A stretch of 64,000 bases of DNA, taken from the NCBI GenBank assembly GCA_904063045.1, contig CAJFCJ010000012.1:1116001-1180000 (forward strand). Reading direction: 5' to 3'. The first letter of the stretch is position 1. Each line of letters opens with the position of its first letter. Both the position numbers and the translations under genes were made by a program. Below the pieces are notes generated by a model. That model did no database searches. It saw nothing but the letters and a program-made list of their open reading frames with translations, and was not told the DNA's origin. Positions 25,210-38,220 of the stretch are shown piece by piece. The stretch is from Dimorphilus gyrociliatus. Taxonomy: Eukaryota; Animalia; Annelida.

Positions 25210-26927
25210 ATGGAGGATAGTGGTAGAAAAAAATGCGCGCCAAAGGTCAGTGTACTTCTTTGTGGTTTTAAAATATGAGATGACACATAATTAATACCGT
25301 AGGTCCAACTGCATATTCACCTTGATGGATCGGTCCGAGTTCAAACTGTAATCGATCTCGCCCTCGAGTATGATATTCCTCTACCTACATATGACGTTGA
25401 TAAATTGAAATCTTTATTAGAAAGTTACACTGGAAGCTTGACAAAATTTTTAGAAGCATTTAAGATATTTGCTCCTGTGTATACAGGCAAACTGAAAGCA
25501 TTAAGAAGAATTGCGCTTGAATTTGTTGAAGACTGCGAAAATTGCGGTCTTTGGTATTGTGAAGTACGATATTGTCCATTTCTCCTGACAGGTGATTCTT
25601 TAAGTGTATATGAAGTTATGGACACGATTGAGAATGCTTTAAAAGAAGGGTCTGAAAAATATAATGTAAAAATAAAATCGATCTTGAGTATAATGCTCCA
25701 TCTACCGGACACTGCCATGAAAACAGTTGAAATAGCAAAATCGTACGAAAACGTTGTAGGTATTGATATAGCAGGTGATGAAAATACCGTCCCAAAAACG
25801 GGCTATGATGCTCGTTTCAGAAAAGCATTTGAGGAAGCTAAGAACTTGAACATTAGTAGGACAGTTCACGCCGGAGAAAACGGTCCGCCTTGGCATGTCG
25901 AGTTTGCCATCAGAGATTTAGACGCCCAAAGAATAGGGCATGGCTACGCAACCGTTAAAGATGAAAATGTGATAAAATTATGTCAACAAAAACACATTCA
26001 TTTGGAAACATGCCCACTGAGTTCACGGGCAACGGGATCTGTAAGTGGGGATTGGAAGAATCATCCTTTGAAGAAAATTGTTAAATTAGGAATTTCATTC
26101 TCAGTTAATTCAGATGACACGATTATGACAGGTAAAGATGTTAGGGGAGATTTCCGAGTATGCTTGGATAAGATCGGTTTAACAAGACAAGATCTTATTT
26201 CGTCGGTTAGTTAACTATTTTATTAGATAAGGTATAATTACTAAGAGAAAGCTAGACAATATTTTGCAACATCACATCGCAAGGTCTGTCATTAGCACAC
26301 CGCTAACCCAATTGAGTTTTGAAGATGGTAAACTTTACAAATGACGATTTGTTAATTAAATCCCATCAACAGATGGAGCGCATCGATTTTCTATTGTAAT
26401 CGTAACAGAGTAAACTTTAAATAGGCCACCCAAGTTAAATATTTTCTCAGTCTATTTCCCTTTAACAGAACTAATCAATTAGTTCGAATTATTGCTGATT
26501 ATGCTTTTTATTTTCCATTTTACAATTATTAGTTTAGTTATTGTATACAATTATTCATACAAATTGCACCAAAGGTGTAACTTTTTACTTAAGATATATC
26601 ACTTCTTTACAAAAAATAATCTCAACTTTACAGATAGAAATAATGTATTTATTCTCTAATGGCAATCTTTTATTTATATCTTTCTATTCTATTTTTTTCT
26701 TCCCTAAATAGAATTTTTACGGGGCCAGTGCTTCTTTTCAGTCAGAAAAGGACAAAAAGAAATTATTGGAAAGGCTGAAAAGATGGTTTGGTAACGAGAC
26801 GCCTAAACAATACAAACAACCTGCAAGTTGGAATATTTTGTCTAAAAGTTCTCGCCGTTTGACTCCTTTAATTCTAGTTTCCTTTCTTTGCTTTATATCT
26901 GGAGTTATTGTGTGTTTTGTTGTCTGA
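25210..26927 (+). CDS. ADA: adenosine deaminase (ADA1-type) with C-terminal hydrophobic tail
   Basis: Exons 25210-25245, 25303-26205 and 26712-26927 (384 aa). Zn/catalytic motifs LHIHLDGS, DIAGDE, VHAGE, RIGHGY, ETCPLSS and NSDD are intact. The last exon NFYGASASFQSEKDKKKLLERL matches the ADA final helix, followed by LTPLILVSFLCFISGVIVCFVV-stop. Confidence 0.92.
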
Positions 26928-27190
26928 GAGAATATTTTCTTTATCTTGTCAACTGAGAAGCAATACCTGCATAAACTACCCGTTTTTTTTCTCTTCCACA
27001 AACTGTTTTGCAATACATGTTTAACAATATTTTATATGTAATAATAAATAAGCATGTTAACTCACATAGGACAAAGGAAAAACCGTGCAGTGTTTTGAAT
27101 ATTTAAAAACAATTAAAAACAGAGATTTATTAAGAATGAAATTGAATTTGTTTATTATTTAATAAACTTTCTGCTTGAATTTCTTACAAT

Positions 27191-27541
27191 ATGCTTAACG
27201 TTGTTATCAAAACGATACTATTTCTAAGTTATCTTACTATATTTACATTATCGATTAAAATTCCCAACTCTACAGAAGAAACGAAAGTGAAAGAACGAAC
27301 AGTCATAACAGAGGATGATTTCTCTAGTCCGAATGCGTATCATTGGATTGCTCTAATTATTCCGTTGACTATTACACTTTTGGTAGGCCTATCGGCTTTC
27401 TATTCCATCTGTCTTATGTTAAATTGTTTCGAGTTTTCAACAAGTCGGAGTACAAAATCAAAGGAACAGTTAACAATGAAAAATTTCACGCATAGGATGA
27501 CAAGAGGGGAATTAGTTTCACATTACGCACCAAATGACTAA
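27191..27541 (+). CDS. small single-pass membrane protein, 116 aa
   Basis: N-terminal signal-like segment, short polar ectodomain with an NST sequon, hydrophobic helix WIALIIPLTITLLVGLSAFYSICLML, basic tail. Confidence 0.6.
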   Translation: MLNVVIKTILFLSYLTIFTLSIKIPNSTEETKVKERTVITEDDFSSPNAYHWIALIIPLTITLLVGLSAFYSICLMLNCFEFSTSRSTKSKEQLTMKNFTHRMTRGELVSHYAPND

Positions 27542-27997
27542 TGAACGTTGACCATATTCCATCTTACTGAGATAATTTGTGTGTTATAAATAATAAATAG
27601 TTTTGCAAAATGATAAAAAGAAGGAGCAACTTTCTCATGTAGATTAAAAAGGACGGAATAATAATAAATTCGGTCTTATATTGATATAGTGGAATATATA
27701 TATGTAGGTAGGTATATACCTACATATACATAAGAATTGAATAAAAACTTTATGTGATATACATTTAAGGTAAATCTGTTGAACATTTTAACAAAAAAAA
27801 AATAGCAGACTGTTACTATTTATCCTGTTTAGTCTAATAAAATAAAGTTTTGATTATTTAATTGATTTATTAATAAAGAAAAAGGTATAAGAGAAAGGAA
27901 AACAACTAAATACTAATTGAACGGAAAAAATACTTTTAAAAATATTTAAAATGAATAATAAACAATTTCTCTTTAATAACTCAATATTAAAAATATT

Positions 27998-28609
27998 ATG
28001 TTATTAATAATATTTACTCAACAATATTCAACTACTACTAATACTATAAAGGATACAAATTTTTCTTTATCTACACAATATAATGATTCTTTCGTAGAAT
28101 CGAAAATCGGTGTTACTTTAGCCTTAACAATAGCCTGCCTTTTACTTGTTCTATTCTCTCTTTTTTTCATTAAACTGATGCCACGGTAATAATATAAAGA
28201 GATAGGCCTAATTTTCGTCTTTTCTCTTACTTTTATTTTAACGTATTAAAAAAATCGCGTAAGGAAACAAAGAGAAAGAGAAAATAAATAATTAAACTTA
28301 TTTATTTGTAATTTATTTTAGCTACTTTATTTACTTTCCTCTATCTTAAAGCTAATTTTAGCTTCTATATTCTCATATCATAGAAATAGAGATGCTAAAA
28401 AAATACAAGTGAAACGAGCTCTAGAAGCGAATTCTCATTTTAAAGATAAACTAATGGAATCCAATGGTGGTAGATCGAATATTTCTATTAAAATCACCAA
28501 TGTTAAAGAGATTTCTGGAGAAAATTACGACTCTGATATTTTTGAGAATAGTTTCAGCTCTCAGAAAACATCACCGTTGTCATTACTAATAGATAAATTG
28601 GTCACGTAA
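27998..28609 (+). CDS. small single-pass membrane protein, 2 exons
   Basis: Exon 27998-28185 (Thr/Asn-rich N-terminus, TM IGVTLALTIACLLLVLFSLFFI), intron 28186-28383, exon 28384-28609 in compatible phase. Confidence 0.55.
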
Positions 28610-29876
28610 TACATACTATTATGCAATAGCTTTAAAAAAGAAATTTCTGCTGATAAAAAAGATTTCAATTCTGTCTTTATCTTCTTTTATATTTTTCCTT
28701 TATGAGAAGAAAAAAACAGTCATCATAAGATCTATTGTATCACTCCTCTCCCATCTTTTCTTTTCTACGTGAACTCTTGTGCATTTAGACGCTAGAAGAG
28801 TGATGTAAAAAAGAAAAAGAGCGTAGGTAGAAAAGCTCGTGTATCAGGCCTATTAGACAAAAAATCCTGTGATTTAACAATATGTATTAAATTGCATCGA
28901 GTTCCTCCCTTTTAACGAATTTATATACTGTTTAGTTTGATAATACTAAAATACCAAATGTAATTTTTTTTGTTACCGACTAGGATATAAGCAATATACA
29001 AATATTCTTTTTTAATACAAATGAATATACTATTCATATTATAAAATAATACATATGAATGTAATTTTACAACTGATGGTTAGGAGTTCTTAGACATTTT
29101 CAACCTTAAATAATTTTTGACTATTCTTAGCTAAAAAAAGAAAATAGATGGAAAATGACATGAAAAAAGGCTTATTTCGTCTAAAATTTTTCCTCTATTA
29201 ACGATGACTATACCTTTTTTTACTAGTAGCAAAAAACTATAAAATAAAATTCGAATAGAAGAACATTCAAGTCTAATAAACTTAAAAGATTAGTATTTAT
29301 CTATAAAATTCTACTTGCTGCTATGTTAGGTTATCAATTTTTAGATTATAATATAGGGGAGAGCCTCTACAGTTGCATTCAACTGTTGCAACTGCAAATA
29401 TCTTAATAGATTATCCGTATAAGACAAACTTGATATGAACTTAAAGTACACTTGTATATTGAACACATTTACTACCAAGTACTATGTTTATATATTATTC
29501 GACATATTGTTTAAATCTGAAATTATATATCAGCTTTAAAAATAGCTTTTTAAGATAAGTACACTGCTAAATAAGCTGTTGTTTTTAAGTAGAATTATTA
29601 CAACGCTATTTACTGTAGTAGCGTATCTATACAGTTTGAATTTTTTACAAGTTGACATATTGAAAGGCGTGATTAACCTTTTTTGGAAGAAAATACAACG
29701 ACACTTTAAGAAGTCAATAATATAATAAGTGGGACAAAATAAATTATACTGTAGGTATTAATCTCTTCATTACGTAATTAAAAACCTTCGACGTTTTTAA
29801 GTTGTAAACCAACTTTAAATTATTTTAAATGAATATTGAACCTTTGATCTCAATTCTTCAATAGCTTTAGTGTAAA

Positions 29877-31665
29877 ATGGAAACGAAAATGGGTCGGGCT
29901 TTCTTTGGTGTTTTATTCTTTGTATTTATTATAAAAGTATTCGCGACCTCCAAACCTTTTGATGAGGAGAAATTAGATAAAATAATCGAAAAAGTAATGG
30001 CGTGTAGAAAGAACGTTGCATTCAATTTGGCTATCGTAGAGAGAGAGCATATTATTCTTACTAAAGGTTATGGTATTTCCAATTTAGAAAAGAATAAAAC
30101 GATGACTGCTAATACACAAATAGGTAATTAAACAAAAAACTGATTATACATTCCAACTAGTTTTTCCTTCGTTACTAAATCATTAAATAAATGTACTTTG
30201 AACAGGTATAGCATCTTTAACAAAAGCCTTTACGACTCTCTTACTCTCAGATATTCTTAGACAGTCAAAGTTCACTTGGGGTACACCAATTAAGCAGATT
30301 TTGAAAGAAAAATTTAGTCTCTCAGACTGGTTCAGAACAGAACAAGTTACATTGAGAGATTTAGCAGCCCATAAAGTTGGTATTCAACCCGATAATATGG
30401 CACGATTAAATCCAAGACTAAATAGGAAGAGTGTAGTTAAATTTCTTCGATTTTTAAAACCCATAAGGGAATATAGAAACAGTTTCTATTATAACAACAT
30501 ATTGTATGGATTTTTATCAAGGTTGACTGAAGTTGTTGACGGAGATGAAAAAACTTGGGAAAGACTTATGGAAGATCAAATTTTTACTCCCTTAAATATG
30601 ACAAACACAACATTTGGGCATACCACAAATTTAAATGATTCAAATATGGCTCTTCCTTATCTAAATTATAATGGCAAATTAAGGAAGGTAGACCCTTTTA
30701 TTACGAAACGTTTTAGTTCTATTGGTGGCTCTGGATCTATCATGAGCACGGCGAATGATATGGCAAAGTGGCTTTCCTACTTATTAAATCCTAGTCGATT
30801 TCCAGGAGCGCCATTCAATAAAAGTTTGACTGAAACGTTTGAAGAATCAAACGTTATAAAAGAAACTTCAAGTTCTAAATTATATAGGCGTCCACTTTCT
30901 CCTGTAACTTATTCATTTCATGAATATGGTCTAGGTTGGAGGACTGGATTTTATAGAGGTTATAAACAAATCCTACACACAGGAACGTCCTGGGGATATG
31001 GAGCGCTTTTAACGTTAATCCCAGATCAATCTATTGGAATTTATACAGGCGTTACAAATCCTGAATCTGGTTATCATGGCCGTCGCGCTGTTCATATGTA
31101 TATAATGGATCAATTGCTGGGAAAAGAGTCGTTTTTAAACGAGAGTAACATCTGCTCTTTTCCAGTTCCTTACAAACGTCCAAATAAGTACAAGACAATG
31201 CAAAGTTTCCCAACTGCTTTCTCTTCTTCAGACACTGAGGGAACATATGGTAATTTTGCTTATGGTAATCTAACGATAAAGTCGTCAAATAACCAATTAA
31301 TATTGATCTATGGTGATGCTCAAGCAAATATAACTGAAGGCTATTGGAAGTTAAAAACAACTTCTGGTTCAACGAACCTTAAACTTAATATGGCTGGAGA
31401 GGGTGAAAAAGCCCTATGGCCAATAGTCATGCGTTTGACATTAAAACGATCAAGAGCATCTGAAAAATTTCAAAATATAGTAGTTAGTTCCTTCGATAGA
31501 AATAATCCGCCAGTATTCATAAGAGACTTGAAATTTCAAGATGCTCCACCACCCCCAACCTGCCCTTGTTCTCCGACATCTTCGATAAGTGACTCACTTC
31601 ACCCATTTTCCATCTTAACACTACTCTTCAGTGGCCTTTTGATAAATTACTACACTTTAATTTAA
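29877..31665 (+). CDS. secreted, probably GPI-anchored beta-lactamase-fold serine hydrolase (class C / D-aminopeptidase-like)
   Basis: Signal peptide; single intron 30124-30205. SxxK motif (IASLTKAF), LRDLAAHKVG, YxN motif (FYYNNILY) and HTG triad (LHTGTSWGY). C-terminal Ser-rich site followed by a hydrophobic tail. Confidence 0.88.
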
Positions 31666-34160
31666 TAATTGAATGCTGTAAGTAGGAGAATATATATTCG
31701 TTCAGTAGTCATTTATTTAAATCTATATATCTCAATGTAAATTAATTGTCAAAATGTCATAAAATAGTTTACGTATTTCATCTCAGGAGAAATGACAAAC
31801 AATGCGACTTAGCTAATGTCCGCTTGAATAAATAATAACTTTTCTGCCTACTTATTAATGTCCTGTTGATTTTTGGTAAATATCTAACTCGATCAATGTT
31901 TATGGGTATGCGTGAGATTTGTTTGTAAAATATTAGTACAGTTCATCATGCATAACTTATTAGTTATTCTAATCAGTGGAATTAAATTGAACAAATACAT
32001 TAGGTAAGTGAAAGTAAGGAAACGCAACAATCTGATAAAAGGAAACAAAATTGTAAAGAGGAAAAGGTGAGGATGACCACACTACCTGCTATAACCCTGC
32101 CTGTTAAAGATCGTCTATTTTTTCTGATGTAATTATCGACTTCTCGCTTTACAGTCGCCTCTTTTCGGAGAGGGCGTCGAAAGCTATAAAAGCCGTTAAG
32201 AATTCGATCGAAAACGTTAATAAATTGATGCATTCACAATACAACTGTCCAATAACGGCTTTCTCCCGCTGCGACGTTTAGTATAAATCACTTTCTTCTC
32301 AAAACTACTTTTGACCAGCCAAAAGTAGGCTTGAAGAAGCTTGTGAAAAACATTTGCAATTATTGCTCTCACGAAAATCGGTCTATTCTTCTTTTACATT
32401 TCGTGTCCACTCTCTCAACCGTCTCATTCATTTCTTCTTTTTTTTCCTTTTCTCCCTATCCATAACGGCGTAATACGAAATGGCGAGAGGCCAGTGATTA
32501 AGGGATGATGGCCATGCTATCCCGCTCCATGCATATAAAATTCATAATAAATGCCGATCTAGTTGTGATGCATATCAAACAGGCCAACTTAAACGAGGAA
32601 TAGGGTAAAAGGGTTAGGAAATATAAGGTTAAAAAGAAAGAAAATTATTGAATTATTTTAGTAAGATGCTTATCGCGTGTTTCTATTAATTAATACGAAA
32701 GAAAAGTGAAGGAATCGATCGAAACGTACGCGAATAATTATGTAACTGGCCGTCCAACACGATGAAACAAAAAGCCACTTGCAATAACGCTATTTATATT
32801 CATTCGGACGTCACTGGCGGTTTTACTTCTATAGACTATCGTTAGGGAACTCTCATATAGGTTATTAATGCCAGCCAGCTTTCTTTTCTTACTTCTTATG
32901 TAAAAAAAAAAACATAACGCACTTAAAATTGTTTCTTCATCTTTTGTTAAGAGGTGCTATTAATTGCGCCTATAGCATCCATTAACAGTCTTTAATTTAA
33001 AACCTAGAGCGTTTTTTGTCACTATCTTACTGTTTATACAGTCAGGATCGTCTAAGTAATGCTTCAGCTCGACGTTTTACCAACTATTTACTTTCGACGC
33101 TTTTGACATATTTATGAGCGTCTAACAGTGTTTTAGGAGATTATTCGACTGCCCGACATCGCGTGTAAACCTTAAGACTTTTATGGAATTGATGGCGGTT
33201 TTCTATAACGAGGACCTAAATTAAATTTAGCAACTTTTTCCTTGTTCTCTATTTCTCAACCGGCTTCCCGACGAAGTGATTATTCTGTCAGATAGACGGC
33301 GCTTCGGAAATTTGCAGAGAGAAAGAAACAAAACACTGGGCTTCTACAGGCGTTACTGCTCTCGGACCGAATTGGCTATAATAAACGAGAGTAAATTTGA
33401 ACGCTTCCCCACAACAACAAAAAAGAGGTTTGTTATGACTTTTTCATACTCCCCTCCCTATTTTGTTTCTCTATAAAACCATATTTACACAATAAAAACT
33501 ATACTCAAACTTTGAGTACATATTTATCTATTATATAAATATTATAAAACATAGCTATACAGTATATAAATGATTGTTAATTACTTTATTTTTAGTGTGT
33601 TTTATACCGTTGTTTGCCTAAACAATATATACATCGAATTATTAGCCAACTCCTCCGACAAGCATTTGTTTGAAGAGACAAAGACTACACAGGAGAACCG
33701 CACCTTCTGACGAACTATAATCGAAACTCTTTTTTTTTTGATCAATGTGTCGAACTGTTGGGTCTTGTTCACCGTGTCACTTGCAGACGCGTAAATCGAA
33801 CGTTTTTATAAGATTTCCAACCAGTCGATAAAAGTACGATTTATTTTTTTCCTTTTTTCTTTTATTTTCGCATTTCACTCTCTTTTGTTGAAATTATGCT
33901 TTAATGACAAACAACAAAAAGAAAAAGACCTATATCCTACTACTCTACTGGAATATTGCTTTTTTCTTTCAATCAGACTTTAGGAGTTTCTCAGAGACGA
34001 CGTCGCTTCCGGTAGCTTCCTCGTCTCTTTAAGTCTATAACAGTGTAATGTAATGTAATAGGCCGAATGCGTAAACTGTTAATAAAGAGGTTTTCTTTTT
34101 TGATTTCATTAACACAACAGAGCTGAATCATTCAAAAATGAGATGGGAAAGAGGCTGACC

Positions 34161-37100
34161 ATGCCATCGAAGTTGCTGATGTTACTTTTGCTGTCTTTGT
34201 CCAGTATCATCAAAGCTACAGGTACAGCCTTAATAGCTTCTTCTTTATAATTAACCTTGATTCATTTACATTATTGAAATTAGAAACCTATGACTAGTTT
34301 TTTTTTTCATTCTTTTTAATCTTTTGTTGAAAAGTAATACAATGACATATAGAAAGAGAGGTAAACTAAAGATTAAAATAAAGGCAAGTCTTTAAAAACA
34401 GCCTCCACCTCCTGCGAATTTCCTGAATTCTTATGGAAATCGGATAGAGGAAAGCAGACTTGGATTGGTGAGACGGTTTATGACGAATATGCTGAAGATT
34501 GGAAGGAGCAAAAAGTCTACACAGTCGATAAGTGAGAAAGAGAAATAAATTCATCATTTTATATCAAGAAAGATGGCTATATTTCGTTTTGTTATTATTT
34601 TTTATTTTTCACTTAGAAACTCGATAACACTTCATAGAAAGAAGAATAATGCAAAATGTTTGGAGGGGGATAGACCGCCTTGCTATTCGGAGACAGTCAT
34701 TTGGACTAAAGAGTGCCACAGTTGGGCGAACAGTTACAAAGCCTATTTAGTCTATTCCAGACAACACAAGTAAGGAAGCAGCACGTTAACAAAGGGAGCA
34801 GTGTTGCGAATAAAACGAGAACAGATACATAAATATATAGATCGTATATAGACGTAAGGGAGTCTTCTATTCACCATTAATTTCTAAATGCTGCGTTCAA
34901 AAGAATAGACGCTATACAGAACTTTGATCTCTGGAATAAAAAACAAACGCCCCATAAAATGTATTTGTATTACAAACGACAAGCCTTTCAGACCAGTCAA
35001 TATATACCAACGAACACGTTAATTAGTTAAAACCTTTGACTATGCATAACTTATCAGACCATCCTTCATTTTCCCCAACAGAAAATATACCTGTATCAGA
35101 TTTAAAAAAATGCATGAACAAATTATCATTTTTGAGCAAGGAAAACTTAGTCAGACACCAAGTAAGCTTCTTGACTTATGCAAATAGAGAGAACATATTT
35201 GAAAGTTCATACTCTTCATTTATTTATATCATAGCATTCCTGGACTATTCAACAGCAAGCGAAGCCGAATTATCATGTACACACTTGGAAAAGTCTAAAC
35301 ATCCTTGGATAAGTACGTTTAAAAGGATTATACGGTTTAATTATTTAGATATTTCATCTTGTTTACCAAACAGTTTGGCCCATGAAAACCTATTCTCCTT
35401 GTCCAATTATCGGTTCTTGGGACTTTAGGTCATATTCTAAAAAGGATTCGCAATTAAAAGTGGTAACTATCATTCGATTTTTCTAAAAAACATCAAAAGC
35501 AGATACAAAATAGATTAATCATTTAAAAAAAAATTCATACACTCAATAGTAATAATAAAAGCTTAAATAGGTAGATGAAAGTAAAATGTGTATACAATCC
35601 ATTTTGTATACGGTGTATTATAAAGAGAAATGCATATTATATATACAGAGAACACAATTTTGCCCTTCTGAGAGAATACCATCAAGAATGGAAAGTGAGT
35701 GTATGAGTGGTGAAGGTATTCAATTCATATTCCCGAATAAGTCATGTGATTTTATAACAAATGGAAAATCAAGTATGTTGACTTTATTAACAAAAAAGTT
35801 CATTTTTAATTTATTCAAGTTAAAATAAAAATGAAATTCGATATACAAAAAATTACTAATTTACATATATATACATAATCTTTTTAACAGAGGAGATTAG
35901 ACTATACAATTGGGGAAATTGGACAGAGGGGGACGTTATTTATTTCGTCTTGGGTAGTGCCCATCACGCCCATTATATAATGGTATTTAAACTATAAATT
36001 ATGACATTTACACAATTTATATTTTATTTTATATGATATTTAATTATTAATGTTAATTTTACGAATCAGAGTTTTCGGGATATGAGAACATTATCTAGAA
36101 ATGCAACGGATGCTTACAGTAACGAGGTAATGATTCATTTTTACTCTTATCCGGTTCTACCATCGGAAGTAAACCACGTTCCCCATATCCAATTAAGAGC
36201 GAATAAGAGCAGTAAGTTTGTTTACATTATAATTATTAATTTATTTATTTAATAATCAAAATATTATAATTAGGTACTGGTATGCACGGGATTTGTTTTG
36301 ATGTTGACAAAAATTGTAAAGAAAGAGCTGAGAAAGGTCTCTGTAGTAAAGAGAAATTCTATTGTCAACTTTCCTGCAAGTCTTGCAGTGAGTAGGAAAA
36401 ACACAGCTTATAAATATGCATTATCTATTTATTATATTTTATTAATTTACTAATATAGATGATAGATATTCCAACTTTAATGAATGCCAATTTGGTAACG
36501 TAGATAAAACAAGGGAATGGTACTTTTATAGGGGTGATAAAAAGAAAAAAATAATAATTAATTCCAACGGAATAGCCCGTATAGACGACTTTAAGCAAAA
36601 GTTCTTTTGTAAAGCTTGGAATCCTAATTCAGGTCAAGACTACCCACAATATAAAGTTATGACAACCTTTAATAACGGATGGTCTGTATTAATCGATGAA
36701 GAAACTTTTAAGCATTCTACTTATATTTCAAATTATTACAGTCGGCCTAGATACAGTTGTCTGGAAATATCAACGTCTATTACTGACGGTCAACTTCATT
36801 CTTACCGCTTATGTAAGAAGATGAGACATTTAAAGTCGACTTTAATAAAGTATTTAATCATTTCTAGCCTCTAGCATTATTAATAACTATTCTTCCGATG
36901 TCGTCTGCAAAAAATTTAAAGACGACTCGACGCCATTAAAAGATGAAATTCGTAGCAAAGAGAGATTATCTTTGTTCCGTTAGTATAGTTTTTATATTAC
37001 TTCATTTTATGTCTATATTTTATGTCATTTTAAAGCTACAATTTAAGTAAAAAGGAATATTTCCATTCACTTTTACAGCCGTTAATGACGCTCGTTACAC

Positions 37101-37956
37101 TCCCAACATGTGCTCTTTAAATGGCACATTTCGAGTAGCCATAGTGGCGTACATGAACGAATTAGTTAAAGGAAAATCTGGTCATTGTACTGGAACAATA
37201 AGCGATTTAAATCCGTCTTGTTCTCCAACGAATCGTTTAAGGCTTAAGACGGAACCACCTTGTTTGCAAAACAATTTTTCTCAAGAAATTGGTAAGTTAT
37301 ATCTTATAGTTTATATATTTTTCTATTTATTAATAATTTATTCTAACAATGCTTTGTGAAACGTTATCGTAATCAGTCAATAGAAACATAATAACCTTTT
37401 GCAGACTTTACTTGCGTTGGTTTTACTCAAGTAGGTAAGCACACACTGCTAATTACAAAGGAGGATAGTTTTGCTGCTAAGTTTATATGCTGGGTAATAT
37501 AATTCTAAAATACACTTTTCTAACATATATATATATATATACTGTATATATTTACATGCAATTTTCATTATAATCAGATAATCTTTCGAGGAGTCTCTGA
37601 TGGTGTTACTATTTATAAATTAAAGGATGCTAATTGTGGAGCTAATATCGAAAAAGAGAGGAAGAGTTTTCGTTTGCACTTTACTCCTCATGGTAAGCGT
37701 ATGCATCTTTTCCTTATAAATCTATCTTTAACTATCAATTCATTATTTTTCTAATATAAAAGCTGAAAAAGTCACCTGCATAGCTAAATCTCCTGAAGCG
37801 GAAAGAAGAAATGAAGGTGGAATTAACAGTGACTACGTAAACGACGATGTTGAAGATAGACGTTATAGACAAAGTTATGGAAATAATGCCGTTAAGACAT
37901 CTGCTTTACTTGCCTATTTGCCTATTTTTTTCTTACTACTTAAAATTTTTATTTAA
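34161..37956 (+). CDS. GPI-anchored ShKT-domain, Cys-rich repeat surface protein, copy 2 (about 17 exons)
   Basis: Signal peptide MPSKLLMLLLLSLSSIIKA; chain of short GT-AG exons joining in frame (CEFPEFLWK..., KYTCIRFKKM, SPCPIIGSWDF, CPSERIPSRMESEC, ShKT CFDVDKNCKERAEKGLCSKEKFYCQLSCKSC, GCRPRYSCL, DFTCVGF...FICW). Ends GNNAVKTSALLAYLPIFFLLLKIFI-stop (GPI-like signal). Confidence 0.85.
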
Positions 37957-38220
37957 TCAGAGATTTTTTTTACTTTTAAGACAAAAAACAAAAAAAAATG
38001 AAAAAGAAACAAAACTCAGAAAATCTGTCTAAAGGAAAAATGTAATATGCAAATTTTCTTTCTTGCTTGAAAAGTTCTCTATTTTAAAACTACAAAAAAA
38101 GATATAATAAAAAATATACAATTTCATAATAAATATATAAAATATATTGTAGAAAATACAATTATAGCAGAACGAGGAGAGGTTTTGAGATAAGAGTTGA
38201 GAAATAAAGAGATAATAGGC

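Noticed and set aside
26255-26310. Possible alternative terminal exon in ADA intron 2 (TIFCNITSQGLSLAHR)
   Set aside because: Weak acceptor and no similarity to the ADA final helix, which the exon at 26712 supplies.
29370-29396. Short inverted repeat CAGTTGCA...TGCAACTG; similar small hairpins at 12415, 22448 and 41770
   Set aside because: Stems of 6-8 bp are expected by chance, and there is no miRNA, terminal-inverted-repeat or target-site-duplication context.
31052-31372. Antisense ORFs over real genes (also 25425..25718, 48244..48573, 60313..60807, 61976..62239, 62627..62809)
   Set aside because: Opposite-strand shadows of well-supported coding exons.
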